Assembly (NCBI GenBank): GCA_000320545.1
Contig: ADNK01000635.1
Coordinates: forward strand, 1-55,625
DNA: 55,625 nucleotides
Origin: Bigelowiella natans CCMP2755
Taxonomy: Eukaryota; Protista; Cercozoa
Reading direction: 5' to 3'
Shown: piece after piece, positions 25,261 through 39,564 of the stretch
How the letters are laid out: every line of letters starts with the position of its first letter
Position numbering within the stretch: position 1 is the stretch's first letter
Notes under the pieces: model-generated
Database searches by the model: none
Told to the model about the DNA's origin: nothing
The model's input: only the letters and a program-made list of their open reading frames with translations
Program-made: the position numbers and the translations under genes

Positions 25261-27150
25261 ATGGTCCAAATGTTTTTTCTCATCTTCTGCTCCCTTTACT
25301 CCTCCTTCTCTTTCATAATTTCAACAACTACACCTGCTGCAACCAGTGAAGGGGAAGAATATGGAAGGGCTGCTGAGAAAGGAGGAGGATCCAGATGGAC
25401 GGCAAGCAGCCAGCAATTCCACCAGGTTTCTACCGTGTAACAAAATAGTGGCCCCTGTATCACTCTTTGCTGTTCATGGTTCTCTAGGACGCGAAAGATG
25501 GCGAAATAGACAAAATCATGGGACACATCGCAAACGGAATCGATGTGAATATTGAAGATCCCAACGGAGAGACAGCTTTGATGCAAGTATCACCAAAACC
25601 ATACACTCAACATACACGTATTGGCCCCCATCAAATTCCATCAATCCAGTTGCTGCAGCAACCCAGCGTTCATTACACGCTCTCACACACGCCACTGCCT
25701 GCTTGCTGCACAATGCTATCTAGGCTTCATACTGGGGGCACAAGGATGTAATGCTAGAACTCATAGAAGCAAAGGCCAGCATAAACCATATCGGTACTAC
25801 GGCAATGAGCGTAGCAGATGTAGTTCCCAATGTGTTGAAAGTTGCGTGTAGCTACATTATCTAAATTTATCCTTGTTATCTGTCAAACGCAACAACACAG
25901 GGTGGAAGGAGGGCTGGACGGCTTTGATGCGAGCTTCTAAATCAGCAAATGTAGCCTCTGTAGAAGTAGTTGTCTTGAAAAGAAGCAGCAACATTGTTAT
26001 CGGTGCAGGATTGAATAGTTGATTCGGCCATTTCCCGCAGATATTATCATATATATATATATATATATACATACATATATATAAATTGATGGATAATCCT
26101 ATTGAAACCGTTTATGTACTTTTTGGCGCTTCTTATTCCACCTATTATTATTTTTTGCAATGTAGACTGATGCTGTGAGCACGCTTATCAAGGCTGGCGC
26201 TGACGTGACGATACAAAACCACGGTGGCCAGGTACGTGCTATCATCAAGCAGCGGATGATACTGTGCAAACATGAAATAAACACTGAAAGGGTCTTTGAG
26301 TCGTTTGAATATGGATGTAAATTGTTGCTGCTGTGACAATCGCCACCATCACCACCACATTGGTTCTCATCCTCATCAAAATCTATATAAATCGTTCAAT
26401 AGAGAGCCTTCGACTTGGCTGGGGCATTTAACGGCACCAGCGCTATTCCTATCAAGAAGCTGCTTAGTGCGGTCCGACCTCTCTTTCTTTTCGCTGGCGT
26501 TCTATTTTAAATTTCATGTGTGCAACGATATCTCTCCCTCCCTCTCTCCGTGCTTCCCTTTCCGCAAGCGAGTACATAGGTCTATTTCCACAGTCATATT
26601 GCTTTGGATAGATTCATTCTGTTGCTTTTTGCCATCTCTATCTATGATCCTCTTTGTTATCGTCATGATCATCATCATCAATAATTACCACCGATCGTCA
26701 GGAATTGCATCGTTGGGTGATGGCCCACCTAGAATCTGCTTGCAAGATGCCAATGAAAGCCGTCGGAATAATCTTACAGTAAGAAGCGAGAAGATAACCA
26801 AAAGAACGAAAACAATACCTTTTACCCCCCCCCTCCCCCCCCCTCTCCCTCCCTCTCTCTCCCTCTCTTTCTAGCCAGGCTCTTCCATATATTAAATATT
26901 TAAGCAAGATAATGGTCTAAACATGTATTGTTTCCGCTAATTAATAAGTTTGCTATGATGCAGATATCACTGTCCTGAATTTGGGGAGGAGTTGGAGCGT
27001 GAGATCGAGATGAGGCGACTCAAGGATGCAGAAAATGAGCATAAAACGTACGTAGCCTCAAGAAGTTAAACTTACAATAATTCTATGAACCTGCCCCCCC
27101 CCCCCCCTCCATCTTCTCCATTCCATCTCTCGTTCTCTTTTTTCCCGTCT

Positions 27151-27206
<56 letters not shown>

Positions 27207-27570
27207 CTGTCTGTCTGTCTGTCTGTGCGTGCGTGCTTGTGTCGTCGAGTTGAAGCCTAAAAATAATCTATCGGCAGCGACGACAGATCCGATGCAAATC
27301 AAGACGCCATGCGCCGCCAACGAGAGGCACAACTCAGAAGGGTTGTTCGTTGTCAAACTACGAGAAATCTGTCACCACTAATAAAGCAAACGAGTACCAC
27401 AAAACTTGCATACGATTCACAATATTTGTAGTACTGGCCTGCTTTAACATCTTCACATTGAATGACATAGGAATACGGCTCGCAACGACGCCAGATACGT
27501 TGGCAGGCAAATGGCAATAGATATGATGACTATTGGTAAATTGGGGATGATCAAGGCTGATGTCTTGTAA
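25261..27570 (+). CDS. Ankyrin-repeat protein with putative signal peptide (multi-exon)
   Basis: MVQMFFLIFCSLYSSFSFII leader. Exons GIDVNIEDPNGETALMQ | ASYWGHKDVMLELIEAKASIN | GWTALMRAS | VSTLIKAGADVTIQNHGGQ | RAFDLA. The 3' exons (26.7-27.57 kb) are tentative. Confidence 0.75.
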
Positions 27571-28311
27571 TCCCGGTCAATTCTATACACAAGGGTAGTG
27601 TTATTCACGCTGATACAGTGCGTCTGTTCGTATCTGCGCACAATGAGGCACGTAAAATATTATGCATTAAAGTATAGAGACATGTGTCTCTTTTATTCGA
27701 GCGATGAAGACATGGTGAATGTCTCTTTATATCTGATCGAATCTGCTGTGCTAAACATCATGGATTCACGATGCTGCAATGCGCTTGTGTGAGCTTATAT
27801 GCACTTATTACATTTGTGGTTGCGATGATGAAGTTAATACCCAAGCCACGCCACTAGCCAGGCTCGCAGCTAGATTATCTAGGTCTAGAGGTCTAGAAGT
27901 GCACAGTCTGCAAGTTTACAGTACGTCGCGCGCGCATTGCAGCATCCATTGCATTGACCGTACCGGCTCTCTAGCTCTGCTGTACGTTACATGCAACGCT
28001 GAACGCCAGAATGCGCTTCATGAGCGTTCCGCACGCAGTATACCCGCCATGTTTGTGTATTGTTCGTGCATGTGTATATATAAGTGTGTGTGTGTGTGTG
28101 TGTGTGTGTCCTAGTCTAGTAGTCATGCGCTTGTGTGGCACAAAGCTAGCGAAGTTTGGAAACAGCACGTGCATGAACATCGCACATGCACATGCGCATG
28201 CGCAGTCACGCATTCATTGATGAAGTGCATGATGATTAATCAGCTAGCTAGCTAGCCAGCATTTGCTACGGCTGCTTTGATATGCTCCACATCAAGTAAT
28301 CTAGTAATGAG

Positions 28312-29140
28312 CTAATGAGGTTGCTTGTCATACCTAAAGATCAACGTCCTTTCTGCTGTTGTTCCCGTGAGGAGGTGGAATAGCTGACAATAACACACGA
28401 TAATCTATTAGGAACGAGCACTACCATCAACATGCAAATGAAATTCAATGCATAGCAACAACATATATTGTGCATTCTCCACATATATTGTTATTTAGTT
28501 TGTGCGTAGTATTTGTGTATGGCTGTGATTGTTGAAGACTTTATATGCTCTTCCTTCGTGATAAATAACTATTAGAACCTCAATAGCTGACGCCTCCCGC
28601 TTTATTCGAGCCACCCAGACCGCAATCTGCATCAAGCAATATCGACTAACGATTAAAGGCGAATCTTCTACAAGAATCAAGCCAAACCGCAGCATGACCT
28701 CTTCATTTAGGGTTCTGCTTACATTCCCCTTTCGAGCAGCATCGGCAGCATCACTACCAGCATGTGCTTTTGTCGTTGCGGGAGCTGATGATGGAGGGGA
28801 GGGGTTGTCAGATGCTGGAGGTGACTCTCTGCTTTGATGAGAATGGATAATATAAATTACATGATGATGATGTCGTTGCTGTTGGGCCAAAGAACTTGAG
28901 TGTGCAAACCACAACGGCTCCTGGTGTTGCGAGAAGAATATGCTGCACGATTAAATATGATTCTCCATACACACACACACACACACACGCACACTCGCAC
29001 ACACCACATGCATTGTGGATGGTGGGTATGTTGTTGATATGTTGTATATGTGTTGTTAACTTCAGACGCTATTGTTTCCTCAATCACCGTGTCTGAGGAG
29101 TGGAAGCAGCAGCAGCAGGGCCTAGTAGGATCATCAATAC

Positions 29141-29174
<34 letters not shown>

Positions 29175-30387
29175 GATGAGTTCCCAAATAAGTATTTCGC
29201 CTCCCTCCCATCTCTCCCGCCCCTGCCGATCCGTTCTACATTGACATACACTGGAAAGCCTTATCGGTATATCTCTGCTATCTTCCTCCTCCTCCCCCTT
29301 CTTTCATACACCCGTGTCTACCTGGAGGCTTTCCTTGCAGTGCGTATTCATATCGCAGCAAACGAAGTCTGATTGGGATCACAAAGTATAATAGGAATGT
29401 TAATTGTGTGCGTATTATGCCACCCACCCACCACCCCCACAAGCATGAGCACGATGACAAGACCTAAACACGGTGTATGCTCCTCTCTCATCTGAGTCGT
29501 TAGCCTCCGAAGTCCTCCGTGCTGCAACTTTGAGTTGATGTGACTGACAACGTCGTGGCGCACTGCATAAACGACGGAGAGGCAAGGTGGGAAAGGGGGA
29601 GAAAGGAGAACATGCTGAATACGACGAATAGTGCAATGGCGGTGGTGATGTTGGTTAGGATGATAACGTGAGGAGGCTCGTGGGACGCAGAGACGATTAC
29701 CAACAATTGTATGGATATAGTGTTCAATCTTCGATTTCCTTTCAAGTGCAGGGTGAAATATATGCTCTCTTCTCATATGAATGAACCCGCTCCCCACCCG
29801 TGCTACCCTTCTCAGGCTCAGTAGTAGTATCACCTTCAAGTTTCGCACGATCTACAGCGTACACCCGACGACATCTACCGACCAAAGCAGGAGGATTTTG
29901 TTATTGTTATCGTTATTGTTGTCTTGCTGTTTTGCCTTATGTTCTTGTAGTTTCATCATCAGTATCACACACTGGTGGTAGTAGTAGCAGCAGCAGTAGG
30001 AGGAGGAGGAGTTGTATAGTAGTAGTAGTTTGTGTTATGTAGCACTCCTCATAGTTTTTGACCTTCTTTGTGCGAGGAATAAGGACCAGCCTCCAGGTGC
30101 AGCTCCCAAATCCTACACAAACACACACACACACACACGCACACATCATACCACACATTCACAAGGACAAGAAGGGAGGGATAACGATAAAGGAGAAGGA
30201 AGCAATTCTGCGACCAAATATTTTCATTCTAACAATCTTTTATGCAATTTTGCTTTGTGTTCGCTCTTACAATTCCGACGGCCCCCTCCCACGCAAAGGC
30301 CTGTAGAATAGCAGATCTCGCATATGCCTCCACCATCTTATAGTAGCTCCTAGTTGAGGCAACAACAGCAGCAGCAGCAGCAACAAC

Positions 30388-30420
<33 letters not shown>

Positions 30421-30530
30421 CTATATTTTTTCTGAGAACTCGGATTATCGAGCAAATGGTGGCCCGATGATTCTACGTGAGAACCGCAAACGGGCTCTGT
30501 GCGCAATGCTATAGCTAAGTACCATCTGCA
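28312..30530 (-). CDS. FtsJ-like SAM-dependent RNA 2'-O-methyltransferase domain, RlmM-like (multi-exon)
   Basis: Exons SYYKMVEA...GAVGI | DLGAAPGGWSLFLAQR (SAM-binding motif), DFVCCDMN, and C-terminal HLLTGTTAERTLIFRY with stop at 28312. Confidence 0.7.
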
Positions 30531-32494
30531 TGATTGTGACACCCATTGCATTGGAGTCGCTTGACTGGATGCTGAATGAATGCTATTACCTAGATGGTGG
30601 TGAGGGTAGCTGCTGCAATGGTAGCGAAGTCTTCGTTGATGTCTCATTAGGCGAGAGCCGAGCGGCAGGTGATGATGACATGAGCCCAAAGCGTAACGCG
30701 TATTCTTTGGGGAGAACAGAAGTGTAAAACGACCCTGATATGCACGCAGCCGAAATCTGGAGAAGAGAAGAGAAGAGAGCATGATCGAGAGGCGATAGAT
30801 ACAGCAGTAGCAGTAGGCGTATTTTAGGGTAATTTGCAATTTTCCCTCTTCCAGTTTTTCAATTACGAGTTGGCTAAACATGGCGACCATGATGATACGA
30901 AAATGTGCTGTTAATCTAGCTACGTTCATTTATCTTCTCTTCACCCAATGTATGCAAGCATGAACCTTACCACATGTGTGTAGTTTGAAGATCGCACGCG
31001 CGTTTCGTTTACGGAGGAGCGAAGCTGATGTTGATTGCGGGGGCGTCATACAAGAATGGTAAACACACACACACACACCCACACACACACAAATGTATAT
31101 ATATATATATATACACATATGATACATTAATGCACACATTTAATTTCATTGGTCTAGATAGCGTGTGAAGTTCGCAGTTATAACCGTTTTGACAATCATC
31201 CCTTCTAGCCTTGTTGGGAAAGCAGCAATACCAACGCGCAGCTCCGTTGCCTCCTTAGCAGTAGCACTGCCCGAAAATCCCTTACCCTATACGATGCGTT
31301 TGAAGGGACGAATAAGGCAAATGCACACATAATCTAAAACATAATAATTTGCATCTTTCACGATAAAAAAACTCCGCATGCACGTTCCGCCCCTTCTTCA
31401 CAATTTCTGAGCTTCCACACTATCATTCATGCTACCTGCACGTTGGTGTTTGTCCCCTCTTCATTGTCCAACGGTTTATGATGATGTTGCGATTGCACCC
31501 TTCGCCGCTGTCGCTTTGTGCGTTTTTCCACACGCCGAAGCCTACGTCAAATTCAGGATCCATACGATGTTAAGTGCGGGTCTACAACACCGCAAAACAC
31601 CCATGCCAGCGACTAGTGATGCTATCGCCGCTACTACAATGTTGTTTCTTTCACAGCAGACTCCGCTGGGTTGCTGAAATTCGTTTTCGATCTGAATATC
31701 TCGTACCTCTGCTTCTCTCGAAGCTGCAGGATTCGGTTCCTGAGTGCCCTGAGCGCTAATCGCAACGTTGGGTAGGGTTTGCAGTTAACCACTACCATGT
31801 GCAGCGTCATCCTGTCGCCGGAAAACGAGCGAATTTTCTCTACAACGTCGGCCACAACCTGCCAGGTTCGATTCGTGCGAAGGACAAAGTGCGTATCATC
31901 CGAAAGGATCACCGATGGCGAGGAGGAAGGCGATGACGCCGCGCTTCCTTGCTCGACGCTTAGCAAGGATATCGATAGGGCCAGCAATCGATCCCTGTGG
32001 GAAGCTGGATTTTCGGTATTACGAAATTAGAAGCACAATATATAGACAGCCCAGGCGCATATATATATATATATATATATATATGCATATGCTTGGTAAT
32101 GTATAGTTTTCATTAGCATTATTCTCATCACTATCGTACCCACCTGGGCATTGGACCAACAGCAGCATTGACTGAAAGCTAGTGTTGAACGACATCGTTG
32201 TTGGTGTTGCTGCTGCTGCACTCAAGGATGGAGATGAAGAGTCATTTTTACCACCCCCCTGCTTTGACAACAGCTGGTTAGAGAGCTGTAGTCTCTTCTT
32301 CTTCCTGGGCATCTTCTCCAAAGATGCTGCCATCCGACTCCATGACCACCCCCTACTTGCAGCGTCGCTCAATGCTTTAGAAAAAACATGAACATTAATA
32401 CTACGAGTTTGTTCTATACAAAAGGTTTATACTGTTACTATGGCTACTAACTACTGCTGCTGCTGCTACTACTGCTACTACTACCACCACCACG

Positions 32495-32549
<55 letters not shown>

Positions 32550-33100
32550 GAAGTGCCACCATGAATGAATTTGGAACGGCTTGATGAGTGCTCGCTAAGC
32601 CACCGCTTCCTGAAACGAGCAAGGCTAGAAGATATCCGAGTCCACGCCACTACGTCCCCTTCTTTCCCTTCGTCTATGGCAGTCTGCGGATGCCTGAAGT
32701 TACTGCTTTGCAGGGAGACAAAATAGGTGCGAATTACTCGTGTCCGATCGAAAGATGAATCATCCCGCCAACCGCAACCAACCTCTTTCTCCGCCCACCG
32801 TACCCTTTGACCCTGCGCTGCTGCTTCCCGTATAATTTAGGCGGTTCATATGGGGCAACGGGGAGAAGAAGTGGAATCAGGAGGAGGAGAGCGGGGCTGG
32901 GGAACAATCGGGTTGGCCCAGACCCGACCCCCATTAGCGAGGAGAGGAGGAACTTCTGTGCTTCGGCAGTGGGTTGGAGAAGGACGACGCGAAATGCTGA
33001 TGATATGGGTAGATCGTAGAAATTCTAGGAAATTTGGCATGATCACCTTGTCGATGGGCCAAAATCCCCTGCGAATCACTTGGATACCGGTATTTTGGGC
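30531..33100 (-). CDS. Putative 5' exons of the methyltransferase gene (or a separate uncharacterised gene)
   Basis: Protein-like minus-strand segments at 31634-31987, ~32140-32370 and ~32790-32995, separated by microsatellite introns. No family motif recognised. Confidence 0.35.
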
Positions 33101-33325
33101 AAGGATGACGGACGCCGAGGGAAATCCTATAGGAAATCCTAAATCCGGATCTTTTGTGTGAGTTCGTGCTCGTACGACAAGACGATTTACGGGGAAAAAA
33201 GAGATTTTCGAACGTGTCGCGGTGGGATATCGTCCGGAGAATATTAGTTCTAATGCTGGAATTAATTGTTGGTACTGTTGCGGATTGTACTCGTCGGCGA
33301 CACCGTCCCCCTCCTCGCCCAGCGC

Positions 33326-35652
33326 ATGCCTGCAGATAACATGAACCTTCAGGATGCAAGTGCTCACGAAGATGTTCCAGCGCATTACATTAGGCGGAGG
33401 TATGTTGATTTGGTGGGTCTGTGGCAAATATAGACGTGTCATCGTCGTCGTCGTCGTCGTCATCACCAATTCCTGCAAATTAGGCAATGCTGTTTCTGCT
33501 CTCTCAGGCACCTGATAGTAGCGCTTCTGATGATGGGAAATTTTGTCTCCTACTGCTTAAGGGTAAATAAAGCATTCCTGGTGGGGCTCAAGGAGCAGAT
33601 TTCGTCTTTCTTTTCCTTCCAGCGAAGATTACACCTAGATTATTTGTGTTATTGCATTAGATGAGCATGTCAACGGCCGCACAGAAGCCTAGAAAGAGTG
33701 GAGAAGGCTCAGAAGATGAAACGCTCTCAACCGAGTTCAATTGGAGCGACTTTCAACTAGGTGTTGCCCTTGGGGCGTTCTACGCTGGCTACTTGTTTCT
33801 GCAGGTGTGGGCCGTTGCATCGGAAGAGTAGTACTCTAGCACAAAACGTTGATTTCTTTACGCCTACATTTTTGAGTCGATGCAGCGGTCAGCCAAGGGA
33901 ACGAGCCATGGGGGGAGGCATTTTTGGGGCGCTTTCATAGTCTCTGTACCCCACTCTGCTAATTTGAGATAAAGCAGTGGGCTGTTTGTTGTTTCGGTGA
34001 TGCCTCTGATCTGTCGTAACAGATCCCTGTCAAGTGGATGCTTCGCTACATCTCGGCCAAGCACATCTTTGCGCTGGGTATTCTTGGGGCTTCGACGATG
34101 ACTTTGATCACGCCGATCTGCGCTTCGCAGTATTGGCTTCTGATCCTGGTTAGGTTCTGTACAGGGTAAGCGGCATGTGTTGAACAATGACGTGCTGCCA
34201 GTCATCATTCTTCTCCATAACTATATATTCCAAAGACCCCAGTTCCTCTTTCTTTAGAGGAGGATTCTTCAACGTTCTTTTGTACTCTCCCGCTCTCACG
34301 ATGATTAGTTGCTGTTGCATCTGTATCAGGTTGGCGGAGGGGGTTACCTACCCGAGCATGGCTCATCTGATCGTGTCGTGGTCCCCTCTGCAAGAGCGAA
34401 CACGTGCTCTCGCCATTGTAAGCTTGCTTTTGTCGTCAATTGCTACGATTGGGGATTTCCATCCAATTTCAAGAGACACTTTCCATCCCCTCCGATGGAA
34501 ATGCATTCATCGAATAAATCTTGCAATGCAGATTGAAGCCTCAAAGTGATATCTTCCCTCCTCCCCTCCCCTTTCACCACCAGACGAGTAGCGGTGCCTA
34601 CTTGGGAACGGCAGCAGCTCTGCCAACATCAGGGTATGTATTATCCTCACTGGGATGGAGGGCGATATTCTACATCTATGGCATTCTCGGTAGTAGAAGT
34701 AGTAGTGGTAGTAGTGGCGGTGTTGGTGTTGGTGGTGGTATGTTGAAACTCTCCCGCTGCAAGTAACATGTAGTTTGTTTCTTGATGCTGCTTTTGGAGA
34801 AAGATCATAGTAAGGGAGGAAAGGGAAGATGTAGGATTAGGCAGAGGAGAGGATACTGAGAAGAGTGGCTAAATCGAAAAACTACCGATTAAGCACACAC
34901 ACACACACACATGTGTGTGTGTGTGTATATATATTTAGCGCCCTCCCCCCTCCTTTCTGTTCATCATAGGCCTGGTCTGGATAACCGTCTGGATGACTGC
35001 TGGGGCGGAGTCACCAGAAGCGCATAAATCCATCAATCCAGGCGAAGCCGCATACATTTTAGCGACACGCGACTGTGGCAAAAAGTCGCAATCCTCTTTA
35101 CCAACGTTCCCCCCTCACAGATGCATCAACAGCAGCACCACCACCAACAACAACAAAGGCAAAAGGAAAAGCATACAAAACTTGATAGATCGAGCTGCTG
35201 ACGGCGATGGTAGTCTTATTGACGTGAAATCGTCGTCGCCATTGGTTGGCAATCAGAATGCACATGGTAGTAGTAGTAGTAGTAGTAGTAGTGGTAATAT
35301 GGAGGGCGATTCTTCTGCCTCTGCTCTGCTGGTTGGATCTGCGCCGACGGACGATAGCGTCTTTGTCAACCCACACCTAGAGGCTTCTAACGAAGATGAT
35401 GACAACCATGATGATGCGACGCTGCTTCCTAAGGGCATGTCGTGGTGGTCCTTCCTTACTCATCCGGTGCGTAAGTCGTTGGTTTTTCTTCATTGCTGGA
35501 CGCAGTGGGGTCCGAATTATTAATAATATGAATTTTAATAATATTCCGCATAAGCGTCCCTTCTTCTTCTTTTTCTTCCTCTTCTTGTTATCTCCAGTCC
35601 CTAAATCCAAACAGAATGCAGATCTGTTAAGCTGTGTTTCGAAGCATTTTCG

Positions 35653-35692
<40 letters not shown>

Positions 35693-36344
35693 TAAAATCC
35701 AAAGACCTGAGGCGCGCGCACAGCGAGAGAATGCATTTCTACTTTTCAACCGCCGCGGCGGCATGAATGATAGGTGTTTGCAATGTGTATTTGTTTTTCC
35801 TTTTGGAACTCCATCTCGGGGAGGAGTCATTATTTTGTGATGATTTTATGAGTCAATAATCACGTAGGCGACGCGTGTGTGTTTGGCTGGGTCATGGTCA
35901 TACTGCTGGATCTTCTATACGATGCTCTCGGAGTACCCTTCCTACGCATCTTCGGTCCTAAACATGTCGGTCAGCAAGGCAGGGGTAAGATATGCAGAGA
36001 GGGGGGAGGGGGGCTCTCTTCCGATTATGTGCTTGTAGATCTACTCAATAAGGCATATCGAGCAAGAGAAAGAAAGCGAAGGAGAGAAATAGCATTAAAC
36101 ACCAAGCCAAGAATGTAAACAGTAGTATCATCTTGCCTACCCCCCCCCCCCTCGACTCGGTCTAGGCTTCGGCGGTTGGGGCATACATGCTGCTATGGGG
36201 AACTACAACGTGCACAGGATGGATTTCGGACTATATCATCGCCCAAAATATGCTCTCACGGCTTCAGACGAGAAAGGCGACGTATCTCGCCGGAATGCTC
36301 CCTGCCTCCGCCATGCTAGCTGCTGTTGGGTAATACCAGTAGTG

Positions 36345-36375
<31 letters not shown>

Positions 36376-37067
36376 TGGTAGTGGTAGTTTGTAGCAATAG
36401 CCACACCACCATTACTACAACGACACGCACGAACACTATGCAGCTAGGGCAAATTACTCTCCCCATCCTCCACCGTAGTTACGTCGATTCTGTGGACGGC
36501 GCGATCGTGCTTATCACGCTGGCGATAGGAATTGCAGGAGTGTCGTTCAGTGGTGTGTGGACGCATGTCCTCGACGTCAGTGGAGAGCACTCCGCTCTTT
36601 TATATGCGACGGCGAACGTCGCAGCTACCGTGCCCGGCTTCGTGTCCCCTCTTCTAGTCGGGTTGTTCTTGGAAGTCGCTGGCGAAAAACAGGGGTGGGG
36701 CATGTGGCCAAAAACAAAAGAACAGGGAGAGGGCAATAGTACACCTTCGTTAGGGTTTGATGACGGTGTGCATAGAAAGGGTGGAAGCGCATTTGTTTTG
36801 AGATGAATGCGCTACTACCTGCATACATGCATGTTTTTTGGGGGCGCGACTTCTTTTAGTGATGACATATGCCAAAGGGCAATACTGAACAATTTCACTC
36901 GGTATGTATGGCTCTGTTCATCTCTTGCGCTGAATACTATGGTTAACGACGATGGTAGGTGGAGACTGATGTTCTTAACATCTGGTTTCGTCGGATGTGT
37001 CGGGTCGGCCATTTTCGCCTTTGGAGCCACATCTACGGTGCTCGCTGCTCCTCCGCTGCCAAGCTAA
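33326..37067 (+). CDS. MFS transporter, SLC17/anion:cation symporter (sialin/PHT4-like) family (multi-exon)
   Basis: RHLIVALLMMGNFVSYCLR | FNWSDFQLGVALGAFYAGYLFLQ | IP...RFCTG | LAEGVTYPSM...WSPLQERTRA | SGAYLGT...LGWRAIFYIYG | ...LDVSGEHSALLYATANVAATVPGFVSP | WRLMF; stop at 37067. Confidence 0.85.
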
Positions 37068-38005
37068 ATAATCCATCATTTGAGCGGTGATATCGGAATA
37101 GTATTAAAGGCTCGTCAAGACATATGAATCATATTCGATGCAAACATACTGTCATGGATCTCTCCTTATGGGAATAAATGAAGCATGTCAGCAAAGTCGC
37201 CCGCGGGTCGAACCAGCACATGTATGACCAGTGAGACCGCAGTTACTATGAATGTTTTCTAACCAGCGCTATGCTCTATCTATAGCGCACCAATGTTTTA
37301 TAACTTTGTATATTTTCATGTTGTCGTTGCGTTGCGTTGCGCCTATCGATCAGCGTGCAATGCCAGCTAACGTGTTCACATTCGATGGAGCCATGCACGC
37401 GAGTAGTGCGAGCAGGATTGTGTATTGTTTGCATCGTCTGTCGGATCGTATTTCAAGAGTAGTACCAAAAGAATGATACATATGAGACAGATGTAGTGAG
37501 ACGATTAAATTCCTTCAATGGTCACTAAGTTATTATTCTAATGGAACAATGCAAAACAGCGGCTATTTTGTGTCTATCTGGTTCTGGCATTTGGTTGTCA
37601 TGACACATATGCCACATTAGTTGTGCACGCGTATCCACACCGCAGCCGCAGCAGATACCACAGTCACGAATAAACGCTACTTGACAAAAATTATGATTGA
37701 TTGTTGCGAAATTGTTCGCTATCATGCACAATGTGAATGGAGCCCGCTCTGTTCAGCAGCGTCACACAAGACATTAGGCCGACTCTTGGCGCCAAGGAAT
37801 TGCCGAAATCTAGTTTCTTTTTTCCAGAGAATAATTCTTCACTCACCATCGACATAGAGATATCGTGCATGTGTGCGTAATGTACTATTAGATTGCTGCA
37901 ATCAATGAGCATCAATGTTCCGTGCTTGGCTGAATCTACATTTGCGCATATATTATTGATGTCATTCTTTTATAGATTTCGAATCTATGTGCTTCCCCGT
38001 GCTTG

Positions 38006-38689
38006 TTATATAATGCTGCAATTCATGAGGCAGCAATCTTGCTGGGAATTAGCTAAATTTTTGTCGCCCTCTGGAATAATTGGCGACGAGTTTTTTCTAG
38101 CAGCCTCAGTTTTTCCAAAGGCACCGTAATCTCCCCCTTTCTCACTCGTTGTTGTTTCTTGAATGAGATTAGCATTTATTGTTTGTGCTCCAGATCTCTC
38201 ACCTACACCACCAGGAGGATGACATATAATATCACTTTTTGAGTTGCTGATAGGTATTTGTTCTCGTCGCACTACAGTCGTGTCGCGCTGTGCGGCAGTC
38301 GGCGAAGCGTCTTTGTTAATCGCATCCTCTCCTTTCTCAACTTTAGTATCCCTTCCTTGTGCTCCGGATTGCTCACTCACAGTATCAGCAGGACGCCGCT
38401 CATTATCAATTTCCCTTTTTGAGTTGGTGATAGGTATTTGTTCTTGTCGTACTATAATCGATTTGGATTCTCGTTCCACTCCCCCCTTCTTTTCTTCAAT
38501 TCTCTCTCTTCCAATTTCCTTGGTGTCCCTTGTGACTTTTGGAATCTTCTTTTTCCACCTCTCATTTCTCTCTTCCCCATTTCTGTGAAGTTCGTCAGCG
38601 GATGCTTCCGCGGATCCTGCGGCTCTTTTGTTTGTCTTTTCCTGTGGAAGTGCCTGGCAGAGTACTCGAAGGTGAGGCAACTGAAGCAA
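38006..38689 (-). CDS. Exon of an uncharacterised low-complexity charged protein with an internal duplication
   Basis: 227-codon open frame with duplicated VRQEQIPITNSK / VRREQIPISNSK. No family recognised; flanking exons not resolved. Confidence 0.35.
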   Translation of the reverse strand: MLQLPHLRVLCQALPQEKTNKRAAGSAEASADELHRNGEERNERWKKKIPKVTRDTKEIGRERIEEKKGGVERESKSIIVRQEQIPITNSKREIDNERRPADTVSEQSGAQGRDTKVEKGEDAINKDASPTAAQRDTTVVRREQIPISNSKSDIICHPPGGVGERSGAQTINANLIQETTTSEKGGDYGAFGKTEAARKNSSPIIPEGDKNLANSQQDCCLMNCSII

Positions 38690-39528
38690 CGGGTCTTAAC
38701 AATAGCTTCAATACGGAAGCCGTATTTCAAAGTTTTAAGACGTCAGCAGCAGCACGCATCGCTTCTACGAATCTCATTACCTCCATCGATGATTTTCCAG
38801 GGACAACCGTCTTTAATGTCTCGTCACTACGGTCGTGTGTGTATGTGTATATGTGTGTATTATGTGTGTTTATATGGTACGCCTCGCGGAGTGTCCTTAT
38901 TTAACTTAAATTTCCACAACCTGAGAAGTCTCTCCTCTGGCAGCACACTCTCATTATCTGAAGGAGCGCTAAGATGAAGAACCATGTAGAAGAACAAGAG
39001 AAACGAGCTTTCAAATGGCCACCTTAACAAAAGTCTCCACATATTATCACAGAAGATATATGTTACTATCAATTTATACTAAAGCATTTCAGTATGGATC
39101 CTTTCAGCTGTTGGCATTAGGAAATTGTGTCGTATGGTAACATCTTGCATGATAAATAAATAGATTTTAATATATTTATATATTATGTGGTGTGTGTAAT
39201 TGTTTTGTCATCATCGTTTGACCAGCTAATGACATCGCCCATGTATGATTCGCTCCTAATGTATTACGCCATATTGCATCATAAGGGCAGAGAGTGCTCA
39301 GGCAGTTTGAACGAACTTTCGACAGAGCAATCACTGCACAGGCCCGAAATCTCAGCTATTTTCCTCCCCTCCGTTCACAGAATACAAAATCAAAGTACTG
39401 CTAGCCACGTACTGGCTGACAAAGCTCTCAGAGGCTGGGAACGCTACTCCTTGTCGAGAGGTCACGGAAAAAGTACTATGTGATGTAGCATCGTGTGAAA
39501 GTAACATAAAGAGAATAAGTGCACACGC

Positions 39529-39564
<36 letters not shown>

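Noticed and set aside
32846-33511. 221-aa minus-strand ORF as a single gene
   Set aside because: Its 5' part overlaps the first SLC17 exon on the opposite strand and the likely divergent promoter; only part may be exonic.
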